64,000 nucleotides of DNA from an uncultured cyanobacterium (lineage in GTDB: Bacteria > Cyanobacteriota > Cyanobacteriia > Cyanobacteriales > CAWCAG01): contig CAWDOD010000011.1 of assembly GCA_963803805.1 (NCBI GenBank), positions 384,001-448,000 of the forward strand, in the 5' to 3' direction. Within the stretch, counting starts at the first letter, position 1, and every line of letters starts with the position of its first letter. The position numbers were made by a program, and so were the translations under genes. This document shows positions 58,676 to 64,000 of this stretch, piece after piece. The notes beneath the pieces were generated by a model. The model did no database searches. It saw only the letters and a program-made list of their open reading frames with translations, and had not been told where the DNA came from.

Positions 58676-59344
58676 ATGCTTAAAGCCGTCATTTTTGATG
58701 TCGATGGAACCTTAGTAGACTCTGTTAAATTTCATGCCCAAGCTTGGGTGAAAGCTTTCCAGGAATATGGTTATAAATTTCCCTATGAAGAAATACGCAA
58801 GCAAATAGGTAAAGGGGGGGACTATATCATTCAAGATTTTATCTCTCAAGAAGAATTTGAACAATTAGGTGAGAAAATTTCCCAGTACCGCAAAGAATAT
58901 TACCAAGATAGTTTGTTGCCGAAAGTAGAACCTTTTTCTCAAGTTAAAGAACTTTTTGCACGACTAAGAGAAGATGGTCTTCAGGTGGTACTTGCTTCTT
59001 CTGGTAGAAAAGAATCAATTGCCCATTATCAAAAGTTGTTAAATATTGAAGACCTGATAGATAATTATACCTGTGGCGATGACGTAGAAAAATCTAAACC
59101 TAATCCCGATATCTTCACCACTGCCATGGAAAAACTGGAAAATATCAAACCAGAAGAAGCGATCGTGATCGGAGATAGTCCCTACGATGCCCAAGCAGCG
59201 CTAAAAGTGCCTCTTCGCACCGTAGGAGTTCTTTGTGGTGGTTTTTCAGAAGAGGTGTTGAGGGAAGCAGGTTGTATCGCTATTTATGAAGATCCAGCCG
59301 ATATTCTAGCCCATTACGAACAATCTCCTTTGTATCCTGCTTAA
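58676..59344 (+). CDS. HAD family hydrolase
   Basis: FDVDGTLVDS, ASSG, KSKPNPDIF, IGDSPYD. Confidence 0.92.
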   Translation: MLKAVIFDVDGTLVDSVKFHAQAWVKAFQEYGYKFPYEEIRKQIGKGGDYIIQDFISQEEFEQLGEKISQYRKEYYQDSLLPKVEPFSQVKELFARLREDGLQVVLASSGRKESIAHYQKLLNIEDLIDNYTCGDDVEKSKPNPDIFTTAMEKLENIKPEEAIVIGDSPYDAQAALKVPLRTVGVLCGGFSEEVLREAGCIAIYEDPADILAHYEQSPLYPA

Positions 59345-59397
59345 TAAATGTTTAATGATAAATAGATAAATGTTTCATGTTATGAACAGGAGTTAAT

Positions 59398-60342
59398 GTG
59401 GAAGTGGGAGCAACGAAAAAAACGATTTTTGTGGCAATGGGTGGTAATTTAACCATCGCTGTGGTCAAGTTTATTACCGCTAGTATTAGTGGTAGTTCTG
59501 CAATGTTATCGGAAGGGATTCATTCTTTAGTAGATACAGGGAATGAATTATTTTTGTTGTTGGGAGTACGCAAGGCTCAAAAACCTGCCGATGCCAGTCA
59601 TCCTTTCGGTTACAGCCAAGAACTCTACTTTTGGACTCTTGTTGTTGCTTTCGGTATTTTTGCAGTAGGGGGCGGTACATCTATTTATGAAGGTATCAAC
59701 CACATTCTCAATCCCCATCCGGTAGAAGATCCTAAGTGGAATTATTTTGTGCTGGGCTTTGCTGCTATTGTTGAAGGCTATGCCTGGAGTGTGGCTTTCC
59801 GGGAATTTCGCACCCAAATGAAGGGGAAAAATATTTGGCAAGCTATTCGTAGAAGTAAAGATCCAACTGTACTAACTATTTTATTTGAAGATTCAGCCGC
59901 TTTATTAGGTTTATTAATTGCCTTTTTTGGCATTTTCTTGGGACATTTATTAAATAACCCTTACTTAGATGGGGTAGCTTCAATTATTATTGGTTTACTT
60001 CTTGGTATAGTTGCTATTGTTTTAGGTTACGAAAGTAAAGGGTTATTGATTGGTGAGGGGGCAGATCCAGAAAAGGTTACTAGTATTCGCCTGCTGGCTA
60101 GCACCGATCCAGCTATTGCTCAAGTTGTGCGCTTACTTACTCTACATTTTGGTCCAGAAGACATTTTACTCAACCTAGACCTTGAATTTAAAAGCAATTT
60201 ATCTAGTACAGAAGTAGCAGAAGCAATTGAGCGTTTAGAAGCAAAAATCACGACTCAATACCCAGAAATCAAGCATATTTTTATTGAAACCAAGTGTTTA
60301 GGAAGCCGACTATTGGTGAAGGAAGCAGATGTAAATACCTAA
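59398..60342 (+). CDS. Cation diffusion facilitator family transporter
   Basis: SGSSAMLSEGIHSLVD, HPFGY..ELYFW, EDSAALLG. Confidence 0.92.
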   Translation: MEVGATKKTIFVAMGGNLTIAVVKFITASISGSSAMLSEGIHSLVDTGNELFLLLGVRKAQKPADASHPFGYSQELYFWTLVVAFGIFAVGGGTSIYEGINHILNPHPVEDPKWNYFVLGFAAIVEGYAWSVAFREFRTQMKGKNIWQAIRRSKDPTVLTILFEDSAALLGLLIAFFGIFLGHLLNNPYLDGVASIIIGLLLGIVAIVLGYESKGLLIGEGADPEKVTSIRLLASTDPAIAQVVRLLTLHFGPEDILLNLDLEFKSNLSSTEVAEAIERLEAKITTQYPEIKHIFIETKCLGSRLLVKEADVNT

Positions 60343-60367
60343 GTCCTGATCAACTAAGAACTAGCCA

Positions 60368-60928
60368 TTAACCATCAAGATTTTCTTGTTCCCTAATTAA
60401 GGCTACTTGAACTTGATTTTCTCCCAGTGCAGTCAAATTTACTTTGATTCCTGGACCAAAAAACTTAGCAATTTTCTCCTGTTTCTCTTGCCAGGTTTCC
60501 ATGGTTATAAATGGGGAGTCAAAATCCATTACTAATGTATAAGCCCCGTCAACTTCTTTTTCCTGTAAACTCGTTAAAATAGGTCTTTCATCATCAGTAG
60601 GGCTTAAACCTAACCTTTCTAAAGATTCGTCAAGATGTGCTTCTTGCCCATAACGGTAGCGAGTGACATCTTTGCGGACTTGGTTTTGAGTAGAGGTTGC
60701 TTGTTGTTCCCGCAACTCGACAATCTCCGGTGGAGTTGGTTCCCTATAGGGGACAGGTTTCAATTCAGCCGCTTTGAGGGCAAGTCCTCCTAATAAAATG
60801 GGAACACCATAGAAAAAACCTGCTAAATTTAAAGTAGCATTGCCTACAGCATAGGCGTAAAATCCTACTAGGGTTAAAATTCCACCTACAGCTAAACCCA
60901 AAGTACCTAAAGAAGTGCGACCAAACAT
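60368..60928 (-). CDS. DUF2854 family thylakoid membrane protein
   Basis: FYGVPILLGGLALKAAEL.P, RKDVTRYRYGQEAHLD, FFGPG; ATG at 60928. Confidence 0.85.
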   Translation of the reverse strand: MFGRTSLGTLGLAVGGILTLVGFYAYAVGNATLNLAGFFYGVPILLGGLALKAAELKPVPYREPTPPEIVELREQQATSTQNQVRKDVTRYRYGQEAHLDESLERLGLSPTDDERPILTSLQEKEVDGAYTLVMDFDSPFITMETWQEKQEKIAKFFGPGIKVNLTALGENQVQVALIREQENLDG

Positions 60929-61102
60929 AATTAAATAAACTATCCTTAAAAAAATTGTTACTTCAGTGAGAATAATCAATCTGAAGTAACAACTTATAGT
61001 ATATACATCCCCTGACTCAAAAAAATTGCTGGTAACAAAATGCTTTTAGTGAGTTAAGATTGCAAATTAGAAAACTTCTTTAAACAATCTAGGTAAAAAC
61101 TC

Positions 61103-61288
61103 ATGGATAAAGCTACCATCCAAGCCAAAATTCTCCAAATAAAAAGTCGCCGCGAGTTTTTGATAAAACTAATGGAACAACCAGATTTAGGAACCTTGAG
61201 GATTGATGTTGATCAGGCTTTAGAAGAATTAGATGAGTTGATTGAAGAGTTCTATACAGTCTTTCCTGAAGAAAACTCTGTAAATTAA
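61103..61288 (+). CDS. Small hypothetical protein
   Basis: 61-aa helical ORF (LMEQPDLGTLRIDVDQALEELDELIEEF) filling the intergenic gap. Confidence 0.6.
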   Translation: MDKATIQAKILQIKSRREFLIKLMEQPDLGTLRIDVDQALEELDELIEEFYTVFPEENSVN

Positions 61289-61332
61289 AAAACACTTTAA
61301 TCAACAGTATTTTTCTTGACTAATTCAGTTAT

Positions 61333-61740
61333 TTATGCAGGCTTTTTACCATGACCTTTTTGACCTAGCTGTTTAACTATTTCAATTAGGGTTTCAGTAT
61401 TAGCATCCTTGCGGCAAAAAGCATCAATACAACTGTGTTTGTTAGCCTTTCCTAGGTGCTGTTCTTCACAGGAAGAATAAGCAACAATCTGGGTAGATGG
61501 TTTAATCTTTTTGATTTGTACCGAAGCACTGAAACCATCCATAATGGGCATTTGTAGATCTAGAACAACTACATCAGGAAAATGAGCTTTGACTAAGGCA
61601 ATAGCTTCTTCTCCATTGCTGGCAAGACCAACCAACTGAAGATTTTTCTGTCTTGCTAGAGCTAGCTTAAGAGAAAAACGAGTCAGTTCATGGTCATCAA
61701 CAACAAGAATACGTAAGTCTGGCTGCTGATATGACAACAT
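61333..61740 (-). CDS. Single-domain response regulator
   Basis: ILVVDDH, VVVLDLQMP.MDG, AYSS, CRKD. Confidence 0.92.
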   Translation of the reverse strand: MLSYQQPDLRILVVDDHELTRFSLKLALARQKNLQLVGLASNGEEAIALVKAHFPDVVVLDLQMPIMDGFSASVQIKKIKPSTQIVAYSSCEEQHLGKANKHSCIDAFCRKDANTETLIEIVKQLGQKGHGKKPA

Positions 61741-61945
61741 AATCAGGGAATACTTGAGACAACATGATTAATTAACATCTGTAGTGTAATACCACTTAAG
61801 TAATATTCTCCTCTACCCTTCGATTGAATATTAATAACTAGGTAGACATGAAGCGTAAAATAAGTGAAAAATATTTTTTTGTTTTTTAACAGAAAATAAA
61901 CCAATCACATAGTTAGGGTAACGATAGAATACCAGGGGTTAAGTA

Positions 61946-63391
61946 ATGGCAATAGAAACACCAAGTTGGGTAAAAAATGCTGTTTTTTACCAGATTTTTC
62001 CTGATCGCTTTGCTAAAAGCAAAGAACCAAAATATAAAATTAAATACAATATTAAATTTGAACTTTGGGACAATACCCCAACACTCCAAGGCTATAAAGG
62101 AGGAGAATTGTGGGGCATAATCGAAAAGCTTGATTACATCAAAGATTTAGGCATTGATGCCATTTATTTTACCCCTATTTTCCAATCTACTAGTAACCAT
62201 CGCTACCATACCCATGACTACTTCCAAGTCGATCCCCTCTTAGGTGGCAACGAAGCCTTTTTAAGCTTGTTAGAAGAGGCTCATCTTCGTGGCATTAAGG
62301 TGGTTCTTGATGGGGTATTTAACCATGCTAGCCGAGGATTTTTCTACTTCAGCGATATCTTAGAAAATGGTCCCCATTCCCCTTGGGTAGACTGGTTCAA
62401 AATTGAAGGCTGGCCCCTATCAGCTTACGATGGTAGTAAACCTGCTAACTATAGAGGTTGGGCTAACAATCGCGCTCTCCCAGAATTTAACCACGATAAC
62501 CCCGATGTGCGCGAATATATCATGCAAATTGCTGAACATTGGTTAAAAATGGGGATAGATGGTTGGCGTTTGGATGTTCCCTTTGAAATTCAAACTCCGG
62601 GTTTTTGGCAGGAATTCCGCGATCGCACCAAAGCAATTAACCCAGAAGCTTACATTGTGGGGGAAGTTTGGGGAGATTCTCGTCAGTGGTTAGACGGTAC
62701 GCAATTTGATGGAGTAATGAATTACCTGTTCACAGGGCCTACCATTGCTTTTACTGCTGGAGAAAGGGTGATTTTAGACTATGTGAAAAATCAAGATTAT
62801 GATCCCTATCCTGCCCTTGATGCAGTAGATTATGGGGAGAAAATGGAAGCTTTATTGGCACTCTACCCTTGGGAAATCCAACTAACCCAACTAAACCTCC
62901 TTGCTAGCCATGACACCGCCAGACTATTATCAATTGCTAGGGGCGATCGCAACAGTGTTAAGTTAGCAACCCTATTACTTTTAACCTTCCCTGGCGCACC
63001 TAGCATTTACTATGGTGATGAAGTTGGTTTAGCTGGGGCAGTAGATCCTGATTCCCGTCGCAGTTTTCCCCAAGAAGAAAACTGGGACAAAGAAATGCTT
63101 GATTGCCACAAACAACTCATCGCCTTACGCCACCAGTATCTGGCCTTGCGGACAGGGAAATACCAAGTAGTTTATGCCACAGGGTTAATTTACGCATTTA
63201 AGCGTAGTTTAGGAGCAGAAGAGTTAGTAATTGCGGTCAATGCCGATACCAACTCTGCCACCATTACCATCAAAAAAACCAACCTACAACCCAACACCAG
63301 CAAATTACTTTATGGCACTGGGGATTTAAGTTGGGACGATGGCTATATCAACTTAACGTTGCTACCCAGGAGTGGATGTATTCTTGGTTAA
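61946..63391 (+). CDS. GH13 glycoside hydrolase (neopullulanase/cyclomaltodextrinase-like)
   Basis: FYQIFPDRF, DGVFNH, DGWRLDV, GEVW, SHDTAR, IYYGDE. Confidence 0.94.
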   Translation: MAIETPSWVKNAVFYQIFPDRFAKSKEPKYKIKYNIKFELWDNTPTLQGYKGGELWGIIEKLDYIKDLGIDAIYFTPIFQSTSNHRYHTHDYFQVDPLLGGNEAFLSLLEEAHLRGIKVVLDGVFNHASRGFFYFSDILENGPHSPWVDWFKIEGWPLSAYDGSKPANYRGWANNRALPEFNHDNPDVREYIMQIAEHWLKMGIDGWRLDVPFEIQTPGFWQEFRDRTKAINPEAYIVGEVWGDSRQWLDGTQFDGVMNYLFTGPTIAFTAGERVILDYVKNQDYDPYPALDAVDYGEKMEALLALYPWEIQLTQLNLLASHDTARLLSIARGDRNSVKLATLLLLTFPGAPSIYYGDEVGLAGAVDPDSRRSFPQEENWDKEMLDCHKQLIALRHQYLALRTGKYQVVYATGLIYAFKRSLGAEELVIAVNADTNSATITIKKTNLQPNTSKLLYGTGDLSWDDGYINLTLLPRSGCILG

Positions 63392-63438
63392 AGCGAAAAG
63401 GTAATTATCTATTACCTATTACCCATTACCTGTATGCT

Positions 63439-64000
63439 ATGAAATTTCCCTTTGGCTCTAGTTCCCAAGTTCAAACTACCATGCCTCCAGCCAATAGTTC
63501 TGGCTTAGGAACCTTTGGAGGAGTTTACACCCCTTCTATCCTAACCATCTTAGGGGTAATCATGTACCTACGCTTTGGTTGGGTAGTAGGAAATGTTGGT
63601 TTGATTGGAACTTTAATCATTGTCACCCTCTCTACAGGAATCACCTTTCTCACCTCCTTATCCATCTGTGCGATCGCCACTGATAGGGTAGTAAGAGTAG
63701 GGGGGGCCTACTATATGATTAGTCGTTCTTTGGGAATCGAAACTGGTGGGGCTGTAGGGATTCCCTTGTATTTTGCTCAAGTACTCTCTGTTGCCCTCTA
63801 CACTATTGGTTTTGCCGAGAGTGTCAATCAAACCTTTCCTTTTCTCAATCAGCTTTATGTCGCTTTAGTTGTAACCATTGCCGTGGCTATTCTCGCTATC
63901 ACCTCAGCTAGCGTCGCCATTCGCGCCCAATATGTCATTATGGCGGCCATCGCCCTTTCTTTGATTTCCTTCGCCTTTGGTAAGCCCTTAGAAGCAACTG
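63439..64000 (+). CDS. Amino-acid permease / SLC12-like cation-chloride cotransporter, N-terminal part (runs off the window end)
   Basis: Not in ORF track. Manual translation: MKFPFGSSSQVQTTMPPANSSGLGTFGGVYTPSILTILGVIMYLRFGWVVGNVG...SICAIAT...GGAYYMISRSLGIETGGAVG...IGFAES. Confidence 0.88.
   Translation, partial: MKFPFGSSSQVQTTMPPANSSGLGTFGGVYTPSILTILGVIMYLRFGWVVGNVGLIGTLIIVTLSTGITFLTSLSICAIATDRVVRVGGAYYMISRSLGIETGGAVGIPLYFAQVLSVALYTIGFAESVNQTFPFLNQLYVALVVTIAVAILAITSASVAIRAQYVIMAAIALSLISFAFGKPLEAT

Larger units (their letters stand above)
575..63677. repeat. HIP1 octamer GCGATCGC dispersed through the window
   Basis: About 30 or more copies counted by eye (e.g. 575, 2580, 2991, 10097); a known cyanobacterial hallmark. 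Confidence 0.9.

Noticed and set aside
1-64000. tRNA, rRNA, tmRNA, RNase P or SRP RNA genes; transposase, integrase or reverse transcriptase genes
   Set aside because: No diagnostic motifs recognised by eye in intergenic regions or ORFs. A tRNAscan/Infernal run would be needed to exclude them formally.

Overview
Low-GC cyanobacterial chromosomal segment, identified by many HIP1 GCGATCGC octamers and by psaE, psbY, psbQ, ndhO, petP and plmA. Most of it is housekeeping: ggt (partial), recN, a CyaB-type adenylate cyclase, mnmA, nnr, efp-accB, bioF, sfsA, murJ, hisS, mutM, mdh, rsmI, a GH13 hydrolase and a partial SLC12-like transporter. There are three accessory patches: (i) a two-partner secretion pair (1509-aa TpsA plus TpsB) at 21.8-28.6 kb, (ii) Uma2 and pentapeptide genes at 29.5-31.8 kb and 38.3-39.5 kb, and (iii) a hypothetical-rich patch at 46.1-50.5 kb. 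The strongest candidate for an undescribed system is at 47651-48775: a near-consensus sigma70 promoter, a ~150-nt leader with hairpins, 10-11 degenerate 21-nt units forming 5 x 42-nt repeats, a palindrome and hairpin, and a gene for a 217-aa apparently all-helical protein I cannot assign. Also notable are a ~240-bp structured dispersed repeat in two inverted copies with a compensatory stem change, several tiny inverted-repeat (MITE-like) elements nested in heptamer tandem arrays, heptamer arrays that supply start and stop codons, and a PsaE with a long C-terminal extension. No tRNA, rRNA, CRISPR-cas or transposase genes were recognised. All family calls come from motif recognition by eye; no searches were run.
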